Shown here: positions 1 to 14,400 of the stretch, in pieces | Numbering within the stretch: position 1 is the stretch's first letter | Layout: every line of letters begins with the position of its first letter | Assembly: GCA_050273025.1 (NCBI GenBank) | Contig: CP158635.1 | Location: 20,336,001 to 20,400,000, forward strand | Length of the DNA stretch: 64,000 nucleotides | Direction: 5' to 3' | Source of the DNA: Cenococcum geophilum | Lineage: Eukaryota | Notes under the pieces: model-generated | What the model was told of the DNA's origin: nothing | The model's database searches: none | Seen by the model: only the letters and a program-made list of their open reading frames with translations | Translations under genes and position numbers: made by a program

Positions 1-3000
1 TCTATATATGCTATAAAGTATCCCCACTTTGTAAGCTTGTCTACTATTACTAAGATTACATCATAATCTTATCCGGTAATAGGGTCTTTTAATTTTAATA
101 ACTTAACAATAAAGTCCCATAATATGACCTCCTATAGTCTCTTTAGTATTTTAATAGGTTGTAGCCCTCTATATGGCTTATGCCTTATTAGTTTATTTCT
201 TTAATAATCTAGACATTCCTTTATAACCCTTCTAGCTATTCTCTAGATTCTATTAATAACGTACTCCTTTTAGAGTCTCGACACTAAGCCCGTAGCTCTA
301 TTATGTCCTTAGGTTAGTCCCTTATAGAAGTCCTTTATAAACTGCTCTGCTATGCTTTTTAGGATATACTTTATTTCTTAATTCTTGTATATATCCGTTT
401 ATAGATCTTCTAGCTATACTTCTAGAATTCTTTATACCTAAAAGCTTTCTAGTATCTCGTAGACTTTCTTTAGTTCATTATCTTCTTAAGTTGCTACGAT
501 TTTTAGATAATTATACCTAATTAATCCGTTTATATCTTTTTGTAATAAAGCCCCTAATGGCTTTTCCTTATTTTATAGTTTAGCTTTACGGCTTAGAGCA
601 TCTGCCCGCGTATTGTCTATACCTTTAGTATACTAAATCTTAAAATGGTATTCCGTAAGCATCTCTACCTATCTAACCTATCTTTAGTTAAGTTCCTTCG
701 TTATTAGGAATCCTATTAGGTTCTTATAATCTATCTTAACCACAAATAGTTTCTCTATACCTTATAAGAATGCTCTTTATTCCTTTAATGCTGCAACTAT
801 ACCTAATAACTCTTTGTTGTAGATATTATAGTTTAACTCCGGTAGTGTTATCTTCTAACTATAGTATGCCACTAGGTGCCATCTATCTTAATACCTTTAT
901 ATAAAGCACGCCTCTAGTATATAGTCTAATGTATCTATTTCTACAACCGTCTCTAGTCTTGGTTAATAGATCTTAAGAACTAGCTCCTAGGTAAATAACT
1001 CTTTAACTTTTTTAAAGAGTTCTCTTTACTCCTTCCCCTATATCTATAGTTGTTCTTTCTTTATTAACCGTGTAAATAGCTTAATATTCTTTAACTATTG
1101 CGCTATAAACCTTTTATAGTAATTGCAAAACCCTAGGAACGATCTTAACTGTATAACGTTCTCTAGTTCCTACCAATTTACTATAGCCTTAATCTTCTTT
1201 AGATCTATACTAAGTTAGCCTAGTTTAATAATAAATTTAACGAAATTGGTCTTCCTAGTAAAGAACTTATATTTCTTAATTGCTACTAGCATCTGTTCTT
1301 CTTATAGTCTCTTTAAGACCTATTTAATATGTTCCCTATATTCTTCCTTAGTTATTAAGTAGATAATAATATTATCAAGATATACTATAATAAATTTATC
1401 TAAGTGTTCTCCTAACACATTGTTAATACGCTTTTAGAACATTACTAGTGCGTTTATAAGCCTAAATTACATAACTAATAGTTTATATAGTCCTTCCTTT
1501 AACCTAAAGGCTGCCTTCTATTTATTACCTTCCTTAATCCTAATTTAATAGTACGCCCATCTTAGATCTATCTTTATAAAGATTTGCGCATTACCTATCC
1601 TGTCTTAAATTTCGCTAATTAAGGGTAAAGGATACCTATCCTTCCTAGTAATGCTGTTTAACTATTTATAGTTAATATATAGCCTTAGTTTGCCATTCTT
1701 CTTTAGTATAAATAGTACTGGATAACCCGCTAATGACTGCGATAGTCTAATATATCCCTTTTATAGATTTTTTTAGATAAACTCTTTTAATGCTTTACCC
1801 TCTTCTTTAGTAAGCTTGTAGATTAGAAAGAACTTTAGACTTATTCCTAGTTCTAACTCTATCTTATAGTCCTATACTATATATTCTAACAGCTTCTTAC
1901 TTTCTAGTAACTATAGTTTCTTACCGTACTTATGGTATCTCTTTAGTATATAACTTAGTCCTTTTTCTGTTTCTTTATAGGTTGCTCCTACTTAGTACCA
2001 TATTAACTTAGCTTATTATCGCATTTTACGGCGTTAAGTATCTCTAATATCGACTTAACCTATAATCCAATTAATCCTTAGATTGTATTCTTATAACTAA
2101 GGCATGCCTAATACTACCTTATCCCGTCCCAATGGTAGGATATTAAAAGATATCTTAATTTATCTTCCTTTAATAGTTATCTAAATAGGTCCTATTTTAA
2201 GATTGATGATCCCTCCTCCATAGGTTATTAGATCTCCTAAAATTATAACTAATAGGTAAGGTTGCTCCTTTTGTCTATAAGGTAGCCCCATTCTCTTAAC
2301 TACTACTAGTAAAATATGGTTTCGCGTTACTCCACTATCTATTAATGCTTTAAACTGCTAATCTTACCAATTAATCCGTAAATTTAGGTGTTATTCTTAA
2401 ATTCCTTTAAGGGTCTAAGGCTCTACCACTAGCTCCCTCTGGTCCTATGGGCCTCTACTTTTCCCAACTATTAGCTACTTAATTTTAGTGCACTTAGCTC
2501 GCTCTTTAGCTAATGCCTAGTTCGCTTTTTATCTTTAATATGCTATAAATACGTATTTTCTAGGCATTTCCACTACTGTTATCCGTCTAAGCATTCTTCT
2601 ATAAGGAATCTTTCTAGTTAAAGTGCTAAACTTCCTTCCTTTTAGATTTCTATTGGATGCCATCTATATATATATTTAGCATTCCTATACTATTACTTAT
2701 CCATTATCTAGTATATCCTTATAGGGTATTTCCAATTCTTTTCTTTTAGATTCTTATGTATTTTATATATATTATTTACGTACGTAATCTATAATAACAT
2801 ATAGTATACTAGGTGCTTTAGGTTAACTCTTAGCTCGTCTTTATCCTTAAGTTTAAACCTTTATTATACTAATCTAAACGTTATAACTTTATTTATAGGT
2901 ACTAAGATATGCCTCTTACTTCTCTAGTCCTCTAAACGTTCCTTTAGATCCTTTAACGTTATAATTAAGGCTTCTTTAATATATGTTATGGCCTTCTCTA

Positions 3001-5882
3001 TAATCGGGTGGTCCTAAATAACCTTTTCATCCAACTATATATAGAAATCTTCCTACTTATTATTGCGTCGTTGCCTATACCACTTTTAGTATAGCTACTA
3101 GAGTGTATATAGTCTGTCTATAAGGAAATATCTCTTTATTACTACATTATAACAGCCTTTAGTATGTCGTTCTTCGAACCTAGTAGGGATCCCTAGATCC
3201 TCTTCTTATTCCAGTTTAGTAAGCCACTTAGCTCTTAGTATGCCTACTTTCGGCCTATTAGTAATTCTTCGTACTAGTGCTCTATCCTTTATACATCCTA
3301 ATATGCTAGATCTCTTATCTAGTTTCTATTCTTACTATACAATAATTCTTTACCTAAACTCTTCTATAGTTTCTTTTAGTTTACGCCTTGCGCTTTAATC
3401 CTTAAAGTTATCTTACTTCTTAATCCTAGTATTAATTTTTCGATCTTTAGTCCAAATACTTTATTTAACTAGTAAATCCTCTAAGTTTATATATCTGTCT
3501 CTTAGTCTAATTACTATTTATACCGCAGATTCTCTAATCTATAAAGAAGCTCCTTGCCTTTAGTCTATAGGTGTCCTAATTTATACTCCAAATTTTTAAC
3601 CCCTTAGGTTCTTTAATCCTGAGCTTGCTTCTAACTTAAGCTTAGCTCCAGCCTTAGTTTAACTAGGCTTACTTAGTATTCTTATCTTATCTTAAGAGTC
3701 TTAAATCTCACTTATCTTATCTTAAGAATCTTATACTGTTAGGAATTCTTGTCCCGAGCTCATTTATATATCTTTAAACTAAGCCGCTACTCTACTCTAT
3801 TAGTTATCGTCCATTATAGGTCCTTAAGCTTGCCTCATCTCGTTTTAAGAATCTTAGTTATCTTTTATCTTATCTTAAGAATCTTAAGCCTTTAGCCTTT
3901 TACCTTTATTAAGTGCCAAAGTAGTTTACTGTCTTACTTCTCTTACGTCTTATAAAGCAATAGACATCGTGTCTAGTAGGGTTTTAATCCCTACTAATGT
4001 TCCTTATTCTGTAATAGAATTATCCTCTACCTCTAATATAACATCTCTAAGGTCTACTTACTCCTAGTAAGCGGCCCTTATTACCTTATTGTTACGGAAT
4101 ATTTCACCTAGGTTAAATTCATCGTCCTTAATATCCAATCTGCGAACTAGTTCGTTAGTTCCTCTACATCCTATAGGTGCTAGCTCTTATAGCCAATAGC
4201 TTACGCCATACTTAGCGTCCTTATAAATTTAGTATGCGTTGTTATAACAAAACGCAAAACTTCTGATTAAACACTCTTTTGTTCCTTACAGTATATTATC
4301 GTCCCTTTATACGTATATATCGTCTACTAGTCTTATGCCTTTTACTATATAGTGACTTTGCCTACTTCTACAGTCTCTAACGTAATAACCCTATTTTCCG
4401 CAATTTATGTAAGCTCCTTTTTTAAACCATTTCTCTTATTATAGAGTCCGCCTAAATATCTTCTGCTATTAAGATCCCTAATTTGGCCTCTACTCCTTAG
4501 ACTTTTAATTACTTAATCCTTATCCTCTAGGTTTTTATAGTTTGCTCTATCTCTTATAGGCTTCTTTAGTACCACTTAGGTCCATTAGCTCTACGCCGTA
4601 CTATAGTTTTTAACTTAGCTTTTATTGTTGCGTACTTTACGCCTTATATAACTATAGAACTCTATCTTAGCCTCTCTTAGCCTATTCCCTTTAGTAGATC
4701 CAATTATTAATCTTAATCGCCTAATCTATTAGATCCCTTAGGGTATCCGCATCTTCCATTAGGATAATCACGTCCTAAACTTTAGCCTTAAGTCCCTGTT
4801 TATACTATACTATAAGCGCCCTATTATTCTACTCTACTTATATTGCTAGTGTCTAAAACTATATCGTATACTTAATTACTAAAGTTTATTATATAAGGTT
4901 CTGGAGTTTTCTTTTTACTATAGTTGTTTCTTCCGGGTCTCTAAATATCTACATTAGTCATTCTACAAATCCTTCCTAACTTAAGAACATAAATCGCACG
5001 TCTTAGTTAGTGGTCGTCATTCTATTTACCTATATCTCCATAAGGTAAAATTTAAACCACTTAAGTGCTTTTCCTAATAAGAATAGTCCTATATAGGCTA
5101 TCCGATCCATAGGTATAGGTAACTTTACTCCCTCTTATAAGACCTTAAAGTGCATCTATATAAGAAATCCTTTAAGCTTTAACCTCTTTCCTATAAATCT
5201 CTTAATTAATAGTAGCTTAATCTTTACTGCTCCTATCCCGTTAAGTCTTTCTTCTAACACTATATTATTAGCTATTAGCTAGTCAACTATTTCTTATAGC
5301 TATCCGACCGTTATAGGTTACTATAAGTCAGTATCCGCCATACTAGTATTACCTCCTGTCCTTAAAGTAGTTGCTACCGTTAATAGCGTCGTAGTGGCTG
5401 CTTTTAGTGGCATATTGTTCGATTTCTTATATTAATACTATAACTAGGTAGTAATTGTGTAACGGAACCTTATAGCAAGAACTACAATAGGTTTATTAAT
5501 AGGCTAGGTGTATAGGAAATGCAAGTATAAAAGTTAACAACGTAATAATAACTGGTGGAGTGGTTACCTAATAGATTAACTCTAATTATATTCTAAGAAT
5601 TACTATAAGGAAGGAACTATCTAGGTAGGGACTAAGGGTCCTTAAATACACAACTATACTCTTATAAAATCCTTCTTATACGTAATATACGTCTTATATG
5701 TAAGGTACGTAAGTTCCTCTTATTCCTCTTGTTTAATACGTAGCACATTATGTGACCTTAGTTACCATTCCTTGTCACATAGTTCCACGGGTTCCATCCT
5801 AGACCGTGCTTATATTAACCAACTAGCTTCTTCCGACTCCTCTCCAAGTAGTCATAGCATTGTACTTAAAGCGTCCGTAATA
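1..5882 (-). mobile_element. Ty3/Gypsy LTR retrotransposon copy A (family 1), RIP-degraded: 5' LTR, gag, PR, RT, RNase H and start of integrase; 3' part lies outside the window
   Basis: Reverse complement is collinear with the complete copy at 33891-41844. RT YLDD remnant near 1371-1385. Many TAA/TAG stops arising from C>T/G>A changes. Confidence 0.93.
5458..5882 (-). repeat. 5' LTR of copy A (425 bp)
   Basis: Minus strand reads T(G/A)TTACGGACGC...CCGTTACA and matches the LTRs at 15903, 33891 and 41420. Confidence 0.92.
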
Positions 5883-6573
5883 GTAGAACCGCGTCTTAGT
5901 TTAATACCTTTATTACGTTACTAGGCTATTGTTTAGGGTATATTATATATCTTTACGGCAGATTAAAAGCTTAAGATTTAGCCTTACTTATAGGCATTAA
6001 GAGCTAGAATAAGTCTACCCTCTTAAAAAAGGGGGTTTTCTTATTGTGGTATAGCCATTGAAGTAATAGTTAAGTAACGCGTTGTATCTTTTGTAATTTT
6101 GATAGGGTAGCCCAAAGGCTTATATGGCCCATTAGCTTGCCGACTACGTTACTAAATTCTAAACTTAATTCCTATACCTTATAGGAGAAGGCTAGGTTCC
6201 CCTTAAGAACTACCGATTAGACTTATATAATAAGCTAATAATTCGGCTATAAGAGAAGATCGCTATAACCTTAGATAACCTTCTAACGTATAATAGACTC
6301 GCAACTTATTACCTGTTACTGGATTTAAAACTAAAGTAAATTAACGCCTACCCTAATTGGCAGAAGCGACCCCAGAACAATTAAAACTTATTAGCTGCAC
6401 CTATAGGAGCTAGAGTAAGAAGATAAGCTATAACCGCCCTTATACCAAAAGCGGTCACATCTACGCACTAGCGGGCCTCGCCCGACTAGCTACGTACTAT
6501 ACCCCCAACTAGTATTTGTCGCAATACCCTAATTAACCCTACCTCAGCTACTTGCTACAACTGTAATAAGAAG

Positions 6574-6810
6574 TGTAACCGACTACTGGTGCTCTACTGA
6601 GCCTACCCTTGACTCACTCAACGACTCGCTCACCTTGACTCGTTTACTGACTCGAGCCACCGACTCGACCACTGACTCGGTCGATGACCCGGTCAATTGA
6701 CCCTTTCTTATCTCATTATCTATACCTTCCTCATGTATATATATAGACCCTTTAGACCTCTATTTACAATTAAGTCGCTCACTCAATTCTCCCACACTGC
6801 AAAGCTTATA
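6574..6810. mobile_element. Solo LTR (237 bp) inserted in the gag zinc knuckle of copy B
   Basis: TGTAAC start and CTTATA (RIP of ..TACA) end. Flanks AGAAG/AAAAG give a 5-bp TSD with one G>A change. Removing the insert restores CYNCNKKGHFAxSC. Confidence 0.8.
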
Positions 6811-9800
6811 AAAAGGGTTACTTTACCTTATCTTACCTAGAGCTAAAGGATATAGGCAATATTAAGGAAATAGAGGAAGGAGAAACGTCCAACGAGTTAG
6901 GAAAAAAAGAGCCCTAGGGAAAAACTCCCCCCTAGGGTACCCTATCGATCTTAAAAAGATTAATCTTAGTTAGTTAATAGGTGGAAAGCATTTTACTATT
7001 CTATATATAGTATCTTAAAATGGATATAGAGTAAATATAACTGCCCTTATTAACATTAGAGCAAATAGCTTCGCCTTTATAAATACTACCTATGCAAATA
7101 ATATTGCTAAATTTCTAAATATAAAAGCCATCCGACTAAAGAAGCCTATTTAGGTAAAAGGCTATAACGGCCAAGCCGGTTAGCCGGTTACCCACATTTT
7201 AAAGTTATATATTACTTTTAACGGATAATGCTAATATAGCATCTCTTTTTATATCCTAGACCTAGGGTCCTACGATATAATCCTTAGACGAAAATAGATG
7301 TCCTATTTTAATATTTAGCTAAATATATAATAAAGACAGTTTATCTAGCCAGAGGATAGACCAAAGTTACCCTCTTTTATTAGGGAAATCCGAACCAACT
7401 GCAAGACACTAGCCGTAAGGGCTAACCCTACCTACTAGTAGGATGTCCAGGCCCGTAACCTAGCCTTTACTTAAGAAGACGCCCACCGCGAAGCTAGAAA
7501 GAACTCCATACCGATAAAGATACTCTTCTAAAGCGCTACGTTTAAAGAAGACTCTACGTACAGAAGTAAGATAAATAGTAATATAAACAATATCTAAATC
7601 GCGCAGATCTAACCGGTATAGAAAAGAACGCATTAATAGGATATAAGGGATAACCTCTAAAAGATGTAACAGGAGCTAAAAGAAGTAATAATAACGCTAA
7701 TACCCTGGAAGTATACAAAGTTACGTACGCCCCTATTATTATACAACCCCCCCACTATAGACATCGCCGCAATTAGCGAGGTAATATTCCACTTTAATAT
7801 ATACCAGAAGAATAATAAGGTCTTTACAACAAGCCTATACAAGATTAACTAAATTATTGATAATAGGGAGGAAGAGCTAGCTAAAGAGACTGATAAGGAA
7901 CTAGTTAAACGCCTTCTTCCTACTATTTATACAAATTACAAGGATGCATTCTTAAAGGCGGCTTTAGATAAGTTACCCCTTTACCAGACGTACGATTATA
8001 AGATTTAATTAGAAGCCAATAACTTACTAAGTTATAGCCCCCTTTACCAACAATTAATAGATAAGCTAAAAGCAACAAAGTAGTACTTAATTAATAACCT
8101 AGATAAAGGGTTTATTAAGCCAAGTTAAGCCCCTTTTACTTCTCCTATCCTGTTTATAAAAAAGCCTAATAGAGGCCTTCGCTTTTGCATCGACTATTAA
8201 AAACTAAACGCTATTACTTAAAAGGATCGGTATCCTATTTCTTTAATTAATAAGACCCTTACACGTCTAAGCTAGGCAAAGATCTTTACCAAACTTAATA
8301 TCCGCTAGGCTTTCTACTAAATTAGGATAAACCCCGCATCCGAAGATTTAATAACGTTCCGTACCTATTATAGTTCCTATAAATACAAAGTTCTTTCTTT
8401 TAGACTAATAAACGGACTGGCTACGTACTAAAGGTATATAAATAACGTTTTTTTAATTACCTTAATGAGTTCTACACGGCATACCTAAACGATATTCTTA
8501 TATACTTAGACAACGAACTTAAGTATTAAGTTTATATTAAGAAGGTCCTAAAGAGACTACGAAACGCAGGCTTATAAGTTAATATTAAGAAATGCGAGTT
8601 TAGGATAAAACATATAAAACACCTTAGGTTTATTATAACTACGGAAGGAATTAAGGTTAACCCTAAAAAGGTAAAGGCAATCCGTAACTAGAAGCCCCCC
8701 TATACAGTAAAAGAAATCCAATTCTTCCTTAGTTTTTATAACTTCTACCGCCGGTTTATCCATGACTATAGAATTATAGCAAAACCTCTTATATAACTAA
8801 TTAGGAAGGACACGCTTTTTGTTTTTAATAATAGCTATATAGAGGCCTTTAAAGAGATAAAGGATCGGCTTATCTCTTCCCTAATTCTTTATTACTATAA
8901 CCTAGACCTTAAATTAATGTTAGAAACGGACGCCTCTAATAGGGTCGTAGCGGGAATTTTATTACAGTTATATCTAGACGGCAAATAGTACCCTATTACT
9001 TTCTTCTTAAAAATAATAAACCCAGCTAAGTGTAACTATAAAGTATATAATAAAGAAATACTAGCTATTATTTAATTACTCTCCTAATGGCGCGCAGAGC
9101 TTAAAGGTATAAACTCCTAGATTAGGATATATACAGATTACAAAGCCCTAGAGTACTTTATAACTATAAAGCAGCTTACTAGATAATAAGCCTAGTAGGC
9201 TAAAATACTCTTCTAGTTCTTCTTTACGATTATATATTATTCTAGTAAGCAAAACTCTAAGGCTAATGCCCTAACCTAAAGAGAATAAGATGTAGGACCC
9301 TATGATAAGCTAAAGACCTAATATTAGACGCGTGCCCTCCTCTATCTAGAACAGCTTGACCCACGGATTCTTAAGGAGCTAGACTCCTAGTAAAATAAGC
9401 TAGCACTAATAGAGGAGTCCTTAGATAAGTTAATAGGGCTAATTAACCGCCTCCTAATAGCAAACCGCACGGCTAATGCCCTAAAGGCCCTCTGTAAATA
9501 AGCCGTAAAGGGAGACCCCAATTTTAAAATAGAGGAAGGATTACTCCTATACCAGGAGCAGCTTATAGTCCCTAACGTTAATAATCTACGGACTAAACTA
9601 ATCCGTAAAGCTTATTGCTAAGTCTTTATGGTATACCCTAGTAAGAACAAGACCCGTAAAATTATTAACTACCGCTACTACTAGCCGAGAATAGTTGTAG
9701 ATATTAATTAATATATATAGAACTGCGAAGACTGCTAGAGAGCTATAATCCCACGGGATAAAACCCTAGGACTACTTAAGCCACTCCTAATACCAAAGCG

Positions 9801-11289
9801 CCCTTAGTAGTATATCTCTATAGACTTCTATAAACTACCTAGGGACCGTAATAGATATAATATGGTTATAGTTATAGTCGACCGCTTTAGTAAACGCCCG
9901 TTCTTAATTCCCTATTATAAGAACATTAATACTAAAGAGGCAGCTTAGCTATATATCCATTACGTCTACCAAATCTACGGACTACTAGATACTATTATAT
10001 CTAATTATAGGCCACAGTTTATATCGGCCTTTTGGAATAAGTTTACCCGGATTCTAGGCATTAAGCTAAAGCTTTCTACGGCTTATTACCCCCAGACAGA
10101 CGGCCAGACGGAGATTATAAATCAGTACCTAGACCAGAGGCTTAGGCCCTTTATTAACTATTTCTAGAACAACTAGTCTAAACTACTACCCTTAATAGAC
10201 TACGCGTAAGTAACCCTACCCTATAACTCCACAGGGTTTGCCCCAATTTAGCTAGAAATAAAATACTTACCCCGTATAAGCTTTAACTAAAAAAGGCTAG
10301 AAGAACCATAGACTATACAAGAGAAGCTATTCTATACTAAGGCCTAATAGTACGCCAAATAATTGGAGGAATCCTAGATGGTAGCCCGTAAGAACCTAGA
10401 AAAAGCTTAAAGGTTAATAAAATAGTAGGCAAACAAACACCATTAAGAGCTCGACTTTATCCCTAGCGATATAGTCTAGGTTATAACAAGGAATTGGAAA
10501 ACTAAATAACCTAGCTATAAGCTAGACTACTAGATAGCAGGACCGTATAAGGTTCTTAAGAAGATAGGCAACTTGTACAAGATAAAGCTCCCAGATTTAA
10601 TTAGGATTTACCCTATCTTTTCGCTAGATAAGTTACGGAAAGCTATAAACGACCCATTACCTAGATAAAAGAACGAGCCCCCCCTACTAGTTTAAGTAAA
10701 TAGTGATAATAAATAGGAGGTTAATAAAATACTAGCCTGCAAGTTAGTATGGGGAACGCTAAAATACCGTATTAAATAAAAGGGCTACGATCCTAACCTA
10801 ACCTAATACCCTACGTGGAACTTTATAGGCTACCCCTAGAAGCTTAAAGAGTTTTATAACTAATACCCTAATGCGCCTAGACCCCTAAAGTACCTAGACA
10901 AATAGATGGAATGCTAGTATAATAAAGACGATAAGTTACCGGAAGAATATAGGAACAAAAACGCCCTAAAGCCCTAATACAGCTGTCTGCCAAATTCTGC
11001 CATATTCGGCCGTTTTCTACAAGTACCGTAAAATTTTAGATATTAAGGAACTTTAACCGGCGGTTAAAGTTATCTAATTGGTCAGATCCGTGCTAAGACT
11101 TTTAGTAGCTACTTTTTCTAGCCTAGTGCTTCTACTTAGCCCACAATCGCCTTTTGTACTTAGTCTGGACATACTTATATCCTTTTTTATCTCCTTATCT
11201 TATATTTTATAATCCTACGTTTATAAGCCTAGTGCTACTCTATTTCTAACTAAGCCTAAGGGCAGGCTTTCTTTCAAAGAGGGGGGTAA

Positions 11290-11499
11290 TATAACGGCGC
11301 TATCGCACGTTACCTACCAAATTCTGCCATATTCTGCCGACCTGCAATTAGCCCGCCTAAAGCTAGCGCCTTAGCGGCTTACCCTATATATTTGTTTACA
11401 TCGGTCCTAGCGACCCCTTTTTCTTCTCTTTAGCTTAGTATCTTTGTAAGATAGCATTCTATAAGCTTTGGTTTAGAAGTATTTGTACGAGCCGTCACA
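11290..11499 (+). repeat. 3' LTR of copy B (210 bp)
   Basis: Follows the PPT; termini TATAACGGC...GCCGTCACA form a short inverted repeat; family-1 sequence resumes immediately after. Confidence 0.85.
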
Positions 11500-14400
11500 T
11501 ATAGAGCACTAAAAGATAAAAACCGAAAGTACCTAGTAAGGATATATTAGTTATTAGACGAGGCGAAATATAGAAATACTAAGTATATATATAGTTGGCA
11601 CCTAGTAGAAGTATAAAGCCTAGGAGACTTAATACTTTAACTAGGGAGATTCCTTATAGAAGAATGCTTAGACGGACGATAGTAGTGGGAATACCTGGAA
11701 AATACGTGTCTATAGTATATTAAGGACAAAAAGCGAACTAAGTATTGGCTAAAGATAGACTAAGTATAGATAGGATTAAGCAGCTAGTAGTTAGGAAAAG
11801 TAAAGGCCTATAGGACTAGAGAGAACTAGTGGTAGAGCCTTAGACCCTTAAAGGAATTTAAGGACGACACCTAAATTTACGAGTTAAGTGGTAAGATTAA
11901 TAGTTTAAGGTATTAATAGATAGTGGAGTAATAAGGAACTATATCTCGCTAGTAGCAGTTAAAAAATGGGATCACTATATAGGAAAAAAGAGCACCCTTA
12001 CCTATTAGTAATAATTTTAGGAGATCTGATAGCCTACAGAGGAGGTATTATTAATCTTAAAATAGGACCTATTTAGCTAACCATTAAAGGGAGATAAATT
12101 AAGATGTCTTTTAATATATTACTATTAGGGAATAATAAGGCAGTACTAGGAATGCCTTAGTTATAGGAATACAATTTAAAGATCAATTAGGTTATAGGTT
12201 AAGTCGATATTAGGAATACTTAACGCCGCAAGATACAATAATAAGCTAAGTTAGTATGGTACTAAGTAGGAGCGACCTATAAAGAAACGGAAAAAGGACT
12301 AAGTTACGTACTAAAGAGATACTATAAGTATAGTAAGAAACTATAGTTACTAGAAAGCGAAAAGCTATTAGAATATATAGTATAGGACTATAAGATAGAA
12401 TTAGAACTAGGAATAAGTTTAAGGTTCTTTCTAATCTATAAGCTTACTAAAGAAGAAGGTAAAGCATTAAAAGAGTTTATCTAGGAAAACCTACGAAAAG
12501 AATACATTATCAGCAGGTTATCCAGTACTATTTATACCAAAGAAAAATGGTAAACTAAGGCTGTATATTGACTATAAATAGTTAAATAGTATTACTAGGA
12601 AGAATAGGTATTCTTTACCCTTAATTAGCGAAATCTAAAATAAAATAGGTAAGGCGCAAATCTTTATAAAGATAGATCTGAGATAGGCGTACTATTAGAT
12701 TAGAATTAAGGAAGGCGATAAATAGAAGGCAGCCTTTAGGTTAAAGGAAGAACTATATAAACTATTAGTTATGCAATTTAGGCTTATAAACGCACTAGCA
12801 ACGTTCCAAAAGCGTATTAATAATATATTAGAAGAATACTTGGATGAATTTGTTATGGTATATCTTAATATTATTATTATTTACTTAATAACTAAGGAAG
12901 AATACGGAGAATATGTTAAATGGGTCTTAAAGAGACTACAAAAAAAACAGATGCTAGTAGTAATTAAGAAATACGAGTTCTTTATTAAGAAGACCAATTT
13001 TATTAGATTTATTATTAAACTAGACTAACTTAATATAGATCTAAAAAAGATTAAGACTATAGTGAATTAGTAAGAACTAGAGAATGTTATATAGTTAAGA
13101 TTGTTTTTAGGGTTTTGCAATTACTGCAGACGGTTTATAGCGTAATAGTTAAAGAATATTAAACCATTTACGCGACTAATAAAGAAAGAAGAACTATGGG
13201 TATAGGGAAAGGAATAGTAAGAATTATTTAAAAAAGTTAAAGAGTTATTTACCTCGGAGCTAGTTTTTAAGATCTATTAACTAAGACTAAAGACAGTTAT
13301 AGAAATAGATATATTAGACTTTATACTAGGGGTATACTTTATATAGAAATATTAAGATAGATGGTACCTAGTAGCATATTATAGTTAAAAGATAACACTA
13401 CTAAAGTTAAACTATAACATCTATAATAAGGAGTTATTAGGTATAGTTATAGTATTAAAAAAAATAAAGAGCATTCTTATAAGGTATAGAGAAACTATTT
13501 ATAGTTAAGATAGATTATAAGAACCTAATAGGATTCCTAATAACAAAGGAACTTAACTAAAGATAGGTTAAATGGGCGGAAATACTTATAGAATACTATT
13601 TTAAGATTTAGTATACTAAGGGTATAGACAATATATAAGCAGACGCTCTAAGTTAAAAGGCTAAACTATAAAATAATAAAAAGCTATTAGGGGCTTTACT
13701 ATAAAGAGATATAGATGGGTTAATTAGATATAATTATCTAAAAATTATAGTAACCTAAGAAGAACTAGATAGAGTTTACAAGTTACCAAAAAGCTTTTGG
13801 GTATAAAGAATTCTAAAAATACAGCTAGAAGATCTATAGACGGATATATACAAAAATTAAGAAGTAAAGTATATCCTAAGAAGTATAGTAGAATAATTTA
13901 CAGAAGATTTCTATAAGGGAATAACTTAAGGATATAATAGAGCTATAGGCTTAGTGTTAAAACTCTAAAAGGAGTACATTATTAACGGAATCTAGGGCTT
14001 AGCGTAAAAAGTTATAAAAGAATATCTAAATTGCTAAAGAAATAAACTAATAAGGTATAAGCTATATAGAGGGCTATAACCTATTAAAATACTAGAGAGA
14101 CTATAGGAGGTTATATTATAGGACTTTATTATTAAGTTACTAAAGTTAAGAGATCCTATTACCAGATAAGATTATAACGCGATCTTAGTAATAGTAGATA
14201 AGCTTATAAAGTGGGGATACTTTATAGTATATATAGAAGAAATATTAGTAAAGGACGTCGCTAGAATCTATATTAAAGAAGTATTTATAAAACATAGAGT
14301 ACTAAGTAAAATTATATTAGATAGAGATTTAAGATTTATAATAGTATTCTAGGAGGTATTCTTAGTAGAATAAAGAGTTAAAGTAGCAACTTCTACCGCA

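Larger units (their letters stand above)
5883..11499 (+). mobile_element. Ty3/Gypsy chromovirus copy B (family 2), RIP-degraded: 3' gag, pol (PR-RT-RH-IN-chromodomain) and 3' LTR; interrupted on the left by copy A
   Basis: De-RIP readings: GLRFCIDY (~8170-8200), YLDD (8482-8493), LETDAS (~8920), AYHPQTDGQTE (~10081-10113), chromodomain WEV..KWKGY (~10710-10800). Polypurine tract AAAGAGGGGGG lies just before the LTR. Confidence 0.92.
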
